A stretch of 64,000 nucleotides of DNA from a virus (IMGVR_UViG_3300037512_000782:1-64000), one strand, 5' to 3'; counted from the first letter of the stretch, positions 8,629 to 18,048 are shown. Notes: generated by a model not told the origin, from the letters alone. Translations and numbers: made by a program.

Positions 8629-11619
8629 ATGCCATTTAACGGAATTACAAACCTTCGTGACGCGAAGGAGTCAGTAAAGCTCAGCCCTAAGCAGCTGAAC
8701 GAGATAAAGAAGTGCGCATTGGATCCTCTCTACTTCATGAATAACTATATGTTCATTAACACGAAAGATAATGGCATGCAGTTATTCAAGACGTGGCCAT
8801 TCCAAGACGAAGCAGTCAAGAGATTCTTAAAATACCGCTTCAACATCAACAAGTGGAGCCGTCAGGTCGGTAAATCTACGATCGTGCGTGGCTTCATCCT
8901 ATGGTACGCAATGTTCCACAGCGACCAGCTCGTGGCCATGCTCGCAAACAAGTTGGCATTGGCCAAGGAACAGCTGCAGTTGCTCCGTGACTCATACGTG
9001 GCGCTGCCATTCTGGCTTCAACCCGGCGTGAAGCTATGGAACAAGATGAGTATTCAGTTCTCGAACAATACTCGTATCCTAGTGGCCGCAACGACTCCGG
9101 ACGGCGTCCGTGGTTTCTCGCCCAACCTACTTTACTTGGACGAATTTGCGTTCTTGAGAAACGGATTGGCCGACGACTTCATGGCTTCCGTGTTCCCGTC
9201 AATTTCTTCCGGTAAGAAGACCCGCGTTATCATCACCAGCTGTGTCACCAAGGATACCATGGTATTCACCCCAGATGGCATTAAAACGGTCGAAGACTTC
9301 ATCATCGATGACGGACGTGTTCTAGGATACGAAGTCCCAGAATACCAAGTATTGGGCCGATATGGCATGAACCGAGGGCATATAATGCACAACGACGGTG
9401 CGGCCAAGGAAACCAGAGTCATTTCAACTCGGTATTCCGAAGTCGAAACCTCATTGATGCACAAGTTCTGGACCTGCCGCGACGGCGTCTATCAGATCCG
9501 TCGCGCACACGAGCTGAAGGTCGGCGACTACGTAATGATCAAGTACGGCATGAACTGCTGGGGAGACGACAAGATTGACTTCGACGACAGCCAATCGAAA
9601 CCCAGATATCCACTTGGTAAAATCAATGAAATATCCGAAGAATTAGCATATTTCTTTGGGTTATACATAGCTGAAGGCTGTGCAATGCACACTCCAGCGC
9701 ATCATTATGTCATTATAACATGTGGTGACGATATTCTAAATGACCTAAATTCGATTGGCGTACAATTTAAAAAACTTGACAAATTTCATTATAGAGTTGA
9801 CCGCAAATCTATATGTATGCTATTGGAATGTGTCGGTTTTGATTTAACTAGACATGCAAATCGCAAGGTTATTCCAGACCGTTTAATGCGGATGTCTAAA
9901 CGAAATGTCGCCGCCATGATTCGAGGCATGTTTGACGGAGACGGATGCTCAACAAAAAAACGTAAGCGTCTATCCTACGCATCAACGTCCAAACGGCTTA
10001 TTGATCAGTTGCGCGTTCTTTTAGCAAACTTTGGTATTTTAAGCAATTTGTATCATAAATACACCAAACCCACCAAGCGAGTTAAAGTTTCTAGTGAAGT
10101 ATGGAATCTTGAAATAAATCAGCAAGATATGGTTGATTTATTCTTCACTGAAATTGGGTTCGGACTGAAACGGAAATCAGATACATACTTCACGCAAGAC
10201 CAGCATAAGAAACGTCCTAGCCGATATGACTATATTCCGTTTGCCGCACCGGAAATTCGCCGTTTAAAGAAAGAAAAGGTGCTAACAAACAAGGAATTCA
10301 AGCTCACTGGCGGTATCTGCGACAAGCACGACATACATTTAAACCGTAAACTGGTGCTTGAAATCAAGTCCAAACTTCCAGAGGAAGTCTGGTCTAAGTA
10401 TGACGTGTTCAAGAACGCCGAACCGGACTGCGTATGGACACCTATTACCGAAATTACAAAGTCATTCAATAAAGTGTACGACTTCTCACTGAACGACGAT
10501 AACTATAACGGTTATGGAGAGACTGAATGGTCGCATTCAGTTGTACATAATTTATTAGTTTGTCAGAACACGCCACAAGGACTTAACCACTTCTACCGCA
10601 TGTGGGAAGACGCCGTCGACGAGAACACGGCTTCCTACCACGACTTGACTTCTCGCTACGTCCGTTCAGTCGTGAAGTGGAACGAAGTGCCCGGTCGTGA
10701 TGCCCAGTGGGGTATCGATGAAATGGCTCGTATCGGCGAACAGAAGTTCAGACAAGAATACGAGTGCGAATTCATCGGTTCTGCAGTGACACTTATCGAC
10801 TATAAGATCTTGCAGAAACTGAAGCCGGACGAACCGCTCAAGATGGCCAACACGCCGCCGGACTTCCAGATGCGAATGTTCCAGAAGCCGATTATCCGTC
10901 AGAAGATGGAATTGAACGGCTGGACTTACATCGCGTCAATCGATACTGGCTACGGTATCCGTAAGGACTATCACGTTCTGCAGATTCTTCTTGCAAAGAG
11001 CAACATCGACCTCGAACAAGTTTTCGTCATGTCGTCCAATACGGTGACTATCGAAGACTTCTGCGCATATTCCTACCTTGTACTCAAAGGATATGGATTC
11101 CCGCCGCTTACTATCGAATACAACGGCCCTGGCGCTCGTACGCTAGGTATCATGTTCAACAACTTGCAGTACGAGAACCTTGTCCACTACGACAACAAGC
11201 TTCGCGGAATGTGGGCTACCGACACCATCAAGCAAACCGCCGTCATGCTTCTGAAGCTGTACGTCCAGCGTTTCTACTGCAAACTGCACGACGAGGCGAC
11301 AATCAACGAACTCATGTCCTTCACGACGACGACAGAATCCGGACGTAAGTGGGGCGCTACTGGCGGAAACCACGACGACCACGTGACTTCGCTATACTGG
11401 TGCATCTACTACGCAGCATCGCCGATGTTCGAGGGCGGCAACGTCGAGGAAGTCGACTTCCTCAAGGGTCTCGAACTGGCCTTCACGGCAATCGGAAATA
11501 CTGGCGAGGAGACCAACCGTGCGCTAGAGTTCGTCCAAGACCAGATTGCACAGCGAGAACAGCTTGCAATAGGCCGTCTGCAGCAACAGCAGCAAGAACA
11601 AGCCGAGCAAATTGTATAA
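8629..11619 (+). CDS. terminase large subunit (T4 gp17-like) containing an intein
   Basis: Walker A SRQVGKST, Walker B LLYLDEFAF, coupling motif IITS/TPQGLNHFY split by the intein, FRQEYECEF, nuclease SIDTGYG and HDD. Confidence 0.95.
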   Translation: MPFNGITNLRDAKESVKLSPKQLNEIKKCALDPLYFMNNYMFINTKDNGMQLFKTWPFQDEAVKRFLKYRFNINKWSRQVGKSTIVRGFILWYAMFHSDQLVAMLANKLALAKEQLQLLRDSYVALPFWLQPGVKLWNKMSIQFSNNTRILVAATTPDGVRGFSPNLLYLDEFAFLRNGLADDFMASVFPSISSGKKTRVIITSCVTKDTMVFTPDGIKTVEDFIIDDGRVLGYEVPEYQVLGRYGMNRGHIMHNDGAAKETRVISTRYSEVETSLMHKFWTCRDGVYQIRRAHELKVGDYVMIKYGMNCWGDDKIDFDDSQSKPRYPLGKINEISEELAYFFGLYIAEGCAMHTPAHHYVIITCGDDILNDLNSIGVQFKKLDKFHYRVDRKSICMLLECVGFDLTRHANRKVIPDRLMRMSKRNVAAMIRGMFDGDGCSTKKRKRLSYASTSKRLIDQLRVLLANFGILSNLYHKYTKPTKRVKVSSEVWNLEINQQDMVDLFFTEIGFGLKRKSDTYFTQDQHKKRPSRYDYIPFAAPEIRRLKKEKVLTNKEFKLTGGICDKHDIHLNRKLVLEIKSKLPEEVWSKYDVFKNAEPDCVWTPITEITKSFNKVYDFSLNDDNYNGYGETEWSHSVVHNLLVCQNTPQGLNHFYRMWEDAVDENTASYHDLTSRYVRSVVKWNEVPGRDAQWGIDEMARIGEQKFRQEYECEFIGSAVTLIDYKILQKLKPDEPLKMANTPPDFQMRMFQKPIIRQKMELNGWTYIASIDTGYGIRKDYHVLQILLAKSNIDLEQVFVMSSNTVTIEDFCAYSYLVLKGYGFPPLTIEYNGPGARTLGIMFNNLQYENLVHYDNKLRGMWATDTIKQTAVMLLKLYVQRFYCKLHDEATINELMSFTTTTESGRKWGATGGNHDDHVTSLYWCIYYAASPMFEGGNVEEVDFLKGLELAFTAIGNTGEETNRALEFVQDQIAQREQLAIGRLQQQQQEQAEQIV
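9241..10569 (+). mobile_element. intein with LAGLIDADG homing endonuclease (443 aa)
   Basis: Begins CVTKDT; block B TSLMHKF; LAYFFGLYIAEG and IRGMFDGDG; block F VYDFSL; ends CQN followed by T; removal restores IITSTPQG; core is visibly AT-rich. Confidence 0.93.
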
Positions 11620-11648
11620 ACTAGGCATAAACGACTTGGAATAAAATT

Positions 11649-12488
11649 ATGCCGTATGACGAACTTGAACAACTGAGGAAACTCACTCGATCCATTGAAC
11701 TTGAAGCAATGGCTCAGCCAGACGTCGAACCAGAAGACGACGACTTCGGAGCGACGGTACTTGATGCCGAAATGGGCAACCAGCCATACGACCCCGATCC
11801 GGAGGTCAAAGCCTACGAAGTCAAGGGAACCGCTGGACTTGGAAGCTGCGCAACGCCGACCAAGGGTGCAAAGCCCAAGGAAGCCATCTTCGGTTCTCAA
11901 GACGAAGAAGCCGAACGCGCCATGGAAGAAGGTCTCGGCCTTCATGTGGGTGGTTTGAGCCTCAAGAAATCACTTGCAAACGGTCTCTCCGAATGCATGG
12001 ACTTGTGCGACCCCAACTGCGCGGTAAAGTACAATGTCGGCGACTTCGTGAAGCCTACTTGCAGCGAAATCCCGGTCATTCTCGTCGTGAAGTGTACCGA
12101 CGGTTCCAACATCATGACGGCCAAGCCGACGGAATGCGCTGACGAATGCAGCGACACCGGATGCTGGCCGGAATTCTCCTTCGAGCAAGACGAGATCGAG
12201 CCGATGGGTGAAATCAAGCTTTCCGACATCTTCAATGTCATGAAGTTCAACGATTCCGCAAAGACCGAAAGCTTCAACGGCGGAAACTACGATGAAAGTC
12301 CTATGAAGGCGGCACAGAAGGGCGCTAGCGAAAACATGCGCGACAAGAAGGCAGCCTCGTTCGACGACATCAACGAGTTCATGGAAGACGTGTTCGGCCC
12401 AGTGCCTGACTATACGGTCAAGCAGAAGATCACGCCAGACCAGCCGGAAGAACAGCGCGTCAAGTTCGGATTTATGGGAGCCCTATAA
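11649..12488 (+). CDS. acidic, Cys-rich hypothetical protein (probably late)
   Basis: ATAAACT at 11616; about ten cysteines in the central part. Confidence 0.8.
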   Translation: MPYDELEQLRKLTRSIELEAMAQPDVEPEDDDFGATVLDAEMGNQPYDPDPEVKAYEVKGTAGLGSCATPTKGAKPKEAIFGSQDEEAERAMEEGLGLHVGGLSLKKSLANGLSECMDLCDPNCAVKYNVGDFVKPTCSEIPVILVVKCTDGSNIMTAKPTECADECSDTGCWPEFSFEQDEIEPMGEIKLSDIFNVMKFNDSAKTESFNGGNYDESPMKAAQKGASENMRDKKAASFDDINEFMEDVFGPVPDYTVKQKITPDQPEEQRVKFGFMGAL

Positions 12489-12820
12489 TGCAGAAGCCTC
12501 AGCTTTTCTTTGATAGCGACTGTCCGGTCTGCTCCGAGTTCAAGAGACTCGTCAGCCGCAAGCTCGGTGATTCGGTCGAGTACGTCCCCATCGGTGCGTA
12601 CAAGTCGGACTTCGAGTACGTCGACGCGACCGGGAAGAAATTCGTCGGTTCAAAGGCAATCGAGAAGCTGTCCACGGACTTTCCGCAAATCAAGGACTAT
12701 GTCTGGATACTTCCAGAGAAGCTGAAGGTCACTGGACTCAAGATGGCCTACAAGGTCGGAAGCGTAGTCCGAAAAGCGATAGCCACAGTCCATCACGGAT
12801 GTAACTGCGGTAAGCACTAA
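12488..12820 (+). CDS. DCC-family (DUF393) thiol-disulfide oxidoreductase-like protein
   Basis: N-terminal LFFDSDCPVC (DxxCxxC) and later GSKAI motif. Confidence 0.75.
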   Translation: MQKPQLFFDSDCPVCSEFKRLVSRKLGDSVEYVPIGAYKSDFEYVDATGKKFVGSKAIEKLSTDFPQIKDYVWILPEKLKVTGLKMAYKVGSVVRKAIATVHHGCNCGKH

Positions 12821-12824
12821 ATTT

Positions 12825-12850
12825 AAAAGCCAGTCGATCGACTGGCTTTC
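12825..12850. terminator. bidirectional terminator
   Basis: AAAGCCAGTCGATCGACTGGCTTT palindrome between convergent genes. Confidence 0.75.
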
Positions 12851-12853
12851 TTC

Positions 12854-13396
12854 TTATATGTCCGCTTGTGTCGTATGCATTTCTCGCAGCTTGTCGATGG
12901 AAGTGTCGACAAAGTCTTGATGCTCGGCCTTCGAAGTCAATGTCTCGTCAATGAGTGAAATGAGTTCATCCTTGTGTTCAGCTAGGATGTTGTACGCGAT
13001 GTCGTTATAGTCGTCCTTGTAGGAGACTTCGTGAGTCTGGTAATACCTACTGACCCACGGCGCGATGTTGATTAGGATTCTGTCTGGAAGCGATTCGCCG
13101 ACCGACGGATTGAACGACACGATTCGATTAGTGCTGGCGTTACCAGCATAGATACGGAAGATAGCGCCAGCGACACGCATCATGACACCCTTCGGAACCA
13201 TCATGCCCTTCTGCGCAAGGATAGCGCCAAGCTGCTTTCCTTCATGGCACGACTGGATGCATCGCCATAGACGCGCACCGACGCTCGCGTAGGTGGTGCG
13301 GTCTGGGACTTGCTTGTACAAGTCGAGGATCGCTTCGCACAGCGGCTTGTCGTCACCGCATATCTCTTTTATCACTTCAACCATCGTCATAGACAT
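12854..13396 (-). CDS. hypothetical protein (probably late)
   Basis: ATAAACT on the minus strand at 13417-13423. Confidence 0.75.
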   Translation of the reverse strand: MSMTMVEVIKEICGDDKPLCEAILDLYKQVPDRTTYASVGARLWRCIQSCHEGKQLGAILAQKGMMVPKGVMMRVAGAIFRIYAGNASTNRIVSFNPSVGESLPDRILINIAPWVSRYYQTHEVSYKDDYNDIAYNILAEHKDELISLIDETLTSKAEHQDFVDTSIDKLREMHTTQADI

Positions 13397-13454
13397 TTCT
13401 CATAATCAACACATACAGTTTATCACAAAAGGCCGCCTTGCGGCGACCTCTTTG

Positions 13455-13781
13455 CTATAGGATTTCGATTATCATCGGCGCTTTCTCGTACAAGCCCGGT
13501 AGCGAGCCAAGCGTATTGTATTCAAACCAGTCGATAGCTTGTTCATACGGATCCTCGTCATGAGAGCAATCCGCAGAGAACTGCTGCGCAAGACATTCGA
13601 GGCACAAGCCACGTTCATAGACCGCGACTACATTCCCTGCGTTCGTGTAGTGCGTTCCGACGATAGCCTTGTCCATACCGTCAATGAAGTACACCTCACA
13701 GTCGAGCTCGTTTGCCCTCTCGACGATAGCCGCCTTCTTTTCAGCAGCCATTTCATCGGTAATATCGCACAGTCTCATCAT
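13455..13781 (-). CDS. hypothetical protein
   Basis: Start re-called at MMRLCD, just after the Hsp20 gene stop; followed by a hairpin at 13427-13453. Confidence 0.7.
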   Translation of the reverse strand: MMRLCDITDEMAAEKKAAIVERANELDCEVYFIDGMDKAIVGTHYTNAGNVVAVYERGLCLECLAQQFSADCSHDEDPYEQAIDWFEYNTLGSLPGLYEKAPMIIEIL

Positions 13782-13785
13782 ATCG

Positions 13786-14691
13786 CTACCCAATCGCGAT
13801 CGACTTGCCTTCGAGCGGAGTCCTGAAGCCGAGAACCACATGCAACTGCCCAAGGTCGAACGAACAGCTGATGCGGTTCTCGTCAACAGGCTTCATGATA
13901 CTGTATACAACGGTGTGCTCGCCGAGAAGATATTCTGGAATGTTGACTTGTGCAGCCCACTTCGTAGCGTCCTTTTTCTTCTTGGTGCCCTTCTTCTGGG
14001 TCGTCCTCGCTTCGGCGGACATGATGGATACATGCGTCTCGCGCTTGAACGTGACAGCGACTTCGTTGTTCTGCGTAAGCTTGATACCGATGTTCTCCTT
14101 CGGAATACCCGGAAGGTCTACGAACAAATGACATTCCGTATCGGTGATGACGAGTTCGGAGAACGGTTCGGCCAAGAGACCGACCGGGGCTTGCGCGGCC
14201 ATATTCTGCTGTTGAGGTGCGCCGTTAATCGGAATGTTGATTCCGCCTTGAGGCTGGCCTTGAACATTTGTCTGAATGTAATTGCCTTGCGGTACGCCGT
14301 TCGGTACACCAGTCTGCACGTTGTAACCGCCAGCGAACTGTCCAAAGTTGGCTGGCTGCACGTAGTTACCGTTCGGGTTCGGCGGATTGATCGGCGCACC
14401 CGGAGGAGGCTGGTGCGTAGCCACGCCGACACCGCGACCACGGTTGGGACGCTGGCCAGCAATCGGATGCGAAGCGTTAAGACGCGCATCTTCTTGAGCC
14501 ATCTGCTGGATAATCCTTGGGCTGATCGGAGTTCCGCTACCGTCAGCGGAACCATTGCTTATCACTGACGTATAGTCCGGTTCACCAGTAAAAATTAGAG
14601 TATCGTTCATATTCGACCTTTGAGTTATATATTCAACTTCCACCTTGTCGCCATGGAACAGTCCAGTTATAAAATTTAGAAGACCCATCAC
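13786..14691 (-). CDS. Hsp20/alpha-crystallin-domain protein with a Q/N/G/P-rich N-terminal region
   Basis: C-terminal LFVDLPGIPKENIGI ... PVDENRISCSFDLGQLHV pattern. Confidence 0.75.
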   Translation of the reverse strand: MMGLLNFITGLFHGDKVEVEYITQRSNMNDTLIFTGEPDYTSVISNGSADGSGTPISPRIIQQMAQEDARLNASHPIAGQRPNRGRGVGVATHQPPPGAPINPPNPNGNYVQPANFGQFAGGYNVQTGVPNGVPQGNYIQTNVQGQPQGGINIPINGAPQQQNMAAQAPVGLLAEPFSELVITDTECHLFVDLPGIPKENIGIKLTQNNEVAVTFKRETHVSIMSAEARTTQKKGTKKKKDATKWAAQVNIPEYLLGEHTVVYSIMKPVDENRISCSFDLGQLHVVLGFRTPLEGKSIAIG

Positions 14692-15500
14692 GTACCACAG
14701 GAAGCTCGCAACTCGGCGACTTCGTGGAGCCCTCGCAGTTTAGCAAGTGCCTTGGTACGCATGCGGCGTATAAGCTCCTTGCTGACCCTTCGTTCGGAGG
14801 ATATTTCGCTGACGGTGTCCTCGTAGCCATCCAAGCCATACAATCTTCGTAATAAATTATTCTCTTCTGCGCTCAAGTTGTCTTCCATGACATTTCGAAG
14901 GGAATCGCGCAGCAAATCGTCGCCGTGCTGGCTGTCCGTCTGGTCGGACGCGGCTATCGTATCGCCAACAGTCATGTGGCAGTCGCCGTGATCGGAATCG
15001 TTCCCAACATACGCCGAGAAAGAGGTCGTCTCTCTTATGGCATTGTCGGCCAGAACGCCGTACTTGAACTTGTCCACGGCCTCGCCGTTCTTCTTCGCGT
15101 CAAGGACATCGTGCCTCGTCTTGACGGGGACACGCACCATGTCGCAATTATTGACGATCATGTTCATGTGGCGCTTGACTTCGTAGGCGGCGAACGAACC
15201 GAACTTCGTTCCGGTCTTGTAGTCGAATTTCTCGAAAGCCTCCAGAAGGGCGAGCTTGCCTTCTGCGTAGAAGTCGTTGATTGGGAGTCCGTTCTGCTTC
15301 TTGTATGACTTGGCGACGGCGAGAACGAATCTGAGGTATGACTGGACTATAGCCGCTTTTATCTCTTGTTTTCGGCGAAAATCCTTGATTCTGTTGTATT
15401 CCTCGAACAGTTTGCGTTCTGCATCCCGTCCAAGAATTTTAAACTTCTTAGTCTCCTCTATGAGCAGACGTGTACTGCGATCTTCTTCATGTGTTTTCAT
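14688..15500 (-). CDS. sigma70-family RNA polymerase sigma factor (divergent)
   Basis: Region 2 LRFVLAVAKSY..LPINDFYAEGKLALLEAFEKFDYKTGTKF; region 4 LSAEE..LRRLYGL..ELIRRMRTKALAKLR. Confidence 0.9.
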   Translation of the reverse strand: MKTHEEDRSTRLLIEETKKFKILGRDAERKLFEEYNRIKDFRRKQEIKAAIVQSYLRFVLAVAKSYKKQNGLPINDFYAEGKLALLEAFEKFDYKTGTKFGSFAAYEVKRHMNMIVNNCDMVRVPVKTRHDVLDAKKNGEAVDKFKYGVLADNAIRETTSFSAYVGNDSDHGDCHMTVGDTIAASDQTDSQHGDDLLRDSLRNVMEDNLSAEENNLLRRLYGLDGYEDTVSEISSERRVSKELIRRMRTKALAKLRGLHEVAELRASCGT

Positions 15501-15527
15501 CCACAACTCGATGAAAAGCTGATTATA

Positions 15528-15556
15528 AATATAATACTTTTAAATTTGAATTCCAA
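15528..15556 (-). promoter_or_regulatory. sigma70-like promoter with extended -35 (TTGGAATTCAAA)
   Basis: TTGGAA-17 bp-TATATT. Confidence 0.65.
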
Positions 15557-15588
15557 ATTTTTACGCCATCTTGATAAACTGAACTCCG

Positions 15589-15915
15589 ATGGCATCAATG
15601 ACAGATATACACGATAGACTTGTCCTGAACCTGGGCCAAGAGGCGTTCCGAAAGCTCGCTGTCGAAGCCGTGGGCAAGCTGACGAAGGTTCGAAAGATCG
15701 ACGGAAGGAACCGCCGCGTATACGGAGATTTCGCAATTTCCATAGATGCTAGCATGGATCGGCGTAATTTCAACATTTACCGCAACCGATCGAGCATGCT
15801 GGTACTTTCCGTCAAGAACGATAACGTGGTGAGCATTAGTTATGAATATGTCTATATCGAAGACCACCTCAAATCATTATTGAAGGAACTGAATGGCAAA
15901 GGAACAATGCATTAG
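15589..15915 (+). CDS. hypothetical protein
   Basis: ATAAACT at 15574; overlaps the infA start. Confidence 0.7.
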   Translation: MASMTDIHDRLVLNLGQEAFRKLAVEAVGKLTKVRKIDGRNRRVYGDFAISIDASMDRRNFNIYRNRSSMLVLSVKNDNVVSISYEYVYIEDHLKSLLKELNGKGTMH

Positions 15916-16114
15916 TGTCGAAGGCACAGTCACCGAGGAACGTGGTAACGGATTCTTTACGGTAGTGCTCGACAACGGGCACTCAGTCGTTGCGCGGCTG
16001 TGTGGGAAGATGGAAAAGCGCAACTTCATACGAGTTCTGACCGACGACAGAGTTATCGTCGAGATCTCTCCATACGACCTAGATAGGGGTCGTATCATCT
16101 ACAGATACAAATAA
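15893..16114 (+). CDS. infA: translation initiation factor IF-1
   Basis: MAKE..ISVEGTV..F.V.LDNGH..GKM..FIRVL.DDRV.VEISPYDLDRGRIIYRYK. Confidence 0.96.
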   Translation: MAKEQCISVEGTVTEERGNGFFTVVLDNGHSVVARLCGKMEKRNFIRVLTDDRVIVEISPYDLDRGRIIYRYK

Positions 16115-16121
16115 AATTTGT

Positions 16122-16168
16122 TTACGCTGAACGGAAAGCCCACGGCTTCAGCCGTGGGAGTATGTCAA
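16122..16168 (+). mobile_element. minimal IS200/IS605-family end relic (PATE-like)
   Basis: TTAC..AAAG-CCCACGGC TTCA GCCGTGGG-AGTATG-TCAA; contains no ORF. Confidence 0.7.
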
Positions 16169-16225
16169 ATACGAAAAAAGCCGCACCAGAATCTGGTACG
16201 GCGTAGTTTCGTTTTATACCAAGCG

Positions 16226-16807
16226 TTACTTGGTGCTGGACTTCTTGGCAGCCTTCACAAGAGCCTTGTAGGCAGCCTTGAGTTCCTTGAGCGAAGCCTT
16301 CCACTTGACGAGGCGTTCGTCCTTGGTAACTGGCTTCTTGAGCTGCTTGAGCAACACAGTGCGGCGACCGATCTGGCCTTCGAGCTTGGCGATTGTGGCT
16401 TCTGCACGTTCAAGCGGCGTCTTGCGCGGCTTGCGTTCCTTCTTGGCCTTCGGAGCTTCCTTGGCTTCGAGTTCGGCAATCGGCTTCGGCTCGCATTCAA
16501 CGGTCTTGCAGTTTGCCCACGGGTCTGCGATGGGTTCGACAGCGACCGTATTGGTTTCCGTCACCACGAGGGACGGCGGCTCGACAACCTTCGGATCGTC
16601 TTCGACAATGGTCGTAGCCTTTTCTTGTTCGGCTTCGACGACTGGTTCTGTCGGAGTTTCGGCGGTTTCAGCCGGGGCTTCTGGTGTGGCTTCGTCAATC
16701 GGCCAAGTCACGTCGATGACTCCAGTCTGCTTTGCCTTACGCCATGCGGCGATCCAGATGACGAAAATAACGATGGTCAGAACGACCGCGATGATAGCTA
16801 ATGTCAT
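16226..16807 (-). CDS. membrane-anchored protein: N-terminal TM, acidic Pro/Glu linker, basic helical C-terminus
   Basis: GGAG RBS; hydrophobic N-terminus; compositional pattern. Confidence 0.8.
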   Translation of the reverse strand: MTLAIIAVVLTIVIFVIWIAAWRKAKQTGVIDVTWPIDEATPEAPAETAETPTEPVVEAEQEKATTIVEDDPKVVEPPSLVVTETNTVAVEPIADPWANCKTVECEPKPIAELEAKEAPKAKKERKPRKTPLERAEATIAKLEGQIGRRTVLLKQLKKPVTKDERLVKWKASLKELKAAYKALVKAAKKSSTK

Positions 16808-16901
16808 TTTTGACTCCTTTTAGTTAGCGCTAACGAGAAATAAATTATTTCATATTAGTGCAAAACGGAACAGTCATAAACGCATTAGCCACCATTGATC
16901 A

Positions 16902-18038
16902 CTAGGACGCCTTGAAGTTGTATTCCGGCTTGATGACCATGTCTACCGTGCAGAGGTCGCCGATATTGTCCAAGATAGCTTGGACTGGCTTGTAGGCCAT
17001 CGGGCTCTCGTCGATAGTGCTAGTACGCACCGAGGTCGAGTAGATGCCTTCCATGGCAGCCTTGAAGTCTTCCATGGACAGCTTCGCCTTCGCATCGCCA
17101 CGGCTCAGTACTCGACCAGCACCGTGCGGCCCGGAGAAGTTAGCCGCAGCATTGCCCTTGCCAGTAACTATCAAGGAGCCGTCGCGCATGTTCATCGGAA
17201 TGATAGCGCGTTCGCCGTTCTGCAACGAGATCGAACCCTTACGGATGATCTTGTTCTCAACGTCGACGTAGTTGTGCAACGTCGTGAACTCTTCCATGAT
17301 GTAACGGCGCTTGATGTCCATTCCGTCCAAGATTTCCTGGAGCATCGCCTTGCGATTCCAGTAGGAGAACTCGGAACAGATCTTCATGTCGTTCAAGTAG
17401 TCATCGACGTCGGTGCCTTCCAGCCAAGCGAGGCTAGCCGGATGCTGGGTCTCGTCACCAGTCTCCTTGCGGTTACGCAAGTAGCGGTCGATAGCTCGCT
17501 GCTGGTGGAACTTGCATACGACCTGTCCCAAGTAGCGTGAACCAGAGTGGATCACGATGTAGTGGTCGCCAGCCTCGTCGACATCCACTTCGATGAAGTG
17601 GTTACCTCCACCCAAGCTTCCAACGCTGTACAACAACTTGTGACGGTCTGTATCGGCAATCAATCCAGACAGATCAACGTTCTTCGCAAACTTGTGCAGG
17701 GTCTTACGATGGTTCATTCCAGACGGAATGTTCAAGCGAATGAGCTTGTCCAAGCGCTCGTAGTTGAAGTGGTAATCTTGAGATACCTTGCAGACCAGCA
17801 TACCGCAAGCCACGTCGACGCCGACCAAGTTCGGCACGATCGTATCGGTCACAGTCTGCGTGTACCCCACACACGCCCCAACTCCGGCATGCACGTCGGG
17901 CATAATCGCGATCTTAGCTCCTTTCATGCACGGCACCGACAATAACTGGACGATCTGTCCATAGGACGCACTGTCCAACTTATCATATCCGGCCACATAC
18001 ACGTCAGCCGAGCAATACTTTCCATCAATAGTAATCAT
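16902..18038 (-). CDS. rtcB: RtcB-family RNA ligase
   Basis: IMPDVHAG, VGVDVACG, SLGGGNHFIE, HSGSR, HNY, RKGS, HGAGR, DESPMAYK; start MITIDGK with a GGAGG RBS. Confidence 0.95.
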   Translation of the reverse strand: MITIDGKYCSADVYVAGYDKLDSASYGQIVQLLSVPCMKGAKIAIMPDVHAGVGACVGYTQTVTDTIVPNLVGVDVACGMLVCKVSQDYHFNYERLDKLIRLNIPSGMNHRKTLHKFAKNVDLSGLIADTDRHKLLYSVGSLGGGNHFIEVDVDEAGDHYIVIHSGSRYLGQVVCKFHQQRAIDRYLRNRKETGDETQHPASLAWLEGTDVDDYLNDMKICSEFSYWNRKAMLQEILDGMDIKRRYIMEEFTTLHNYVDVENKIIRKGSISLQNGERAIIPMNMRDGSLIVTGKGNAAANFSGPHGAGRVLSRGDAKAKLSMEDFKAAMEGIYSTSVRTSTIDESPMAYKPVQAILDNIGDLCTVDMVIKPEYNFKAS

Positions 18039-18048
18039 ATAGCCTCCA

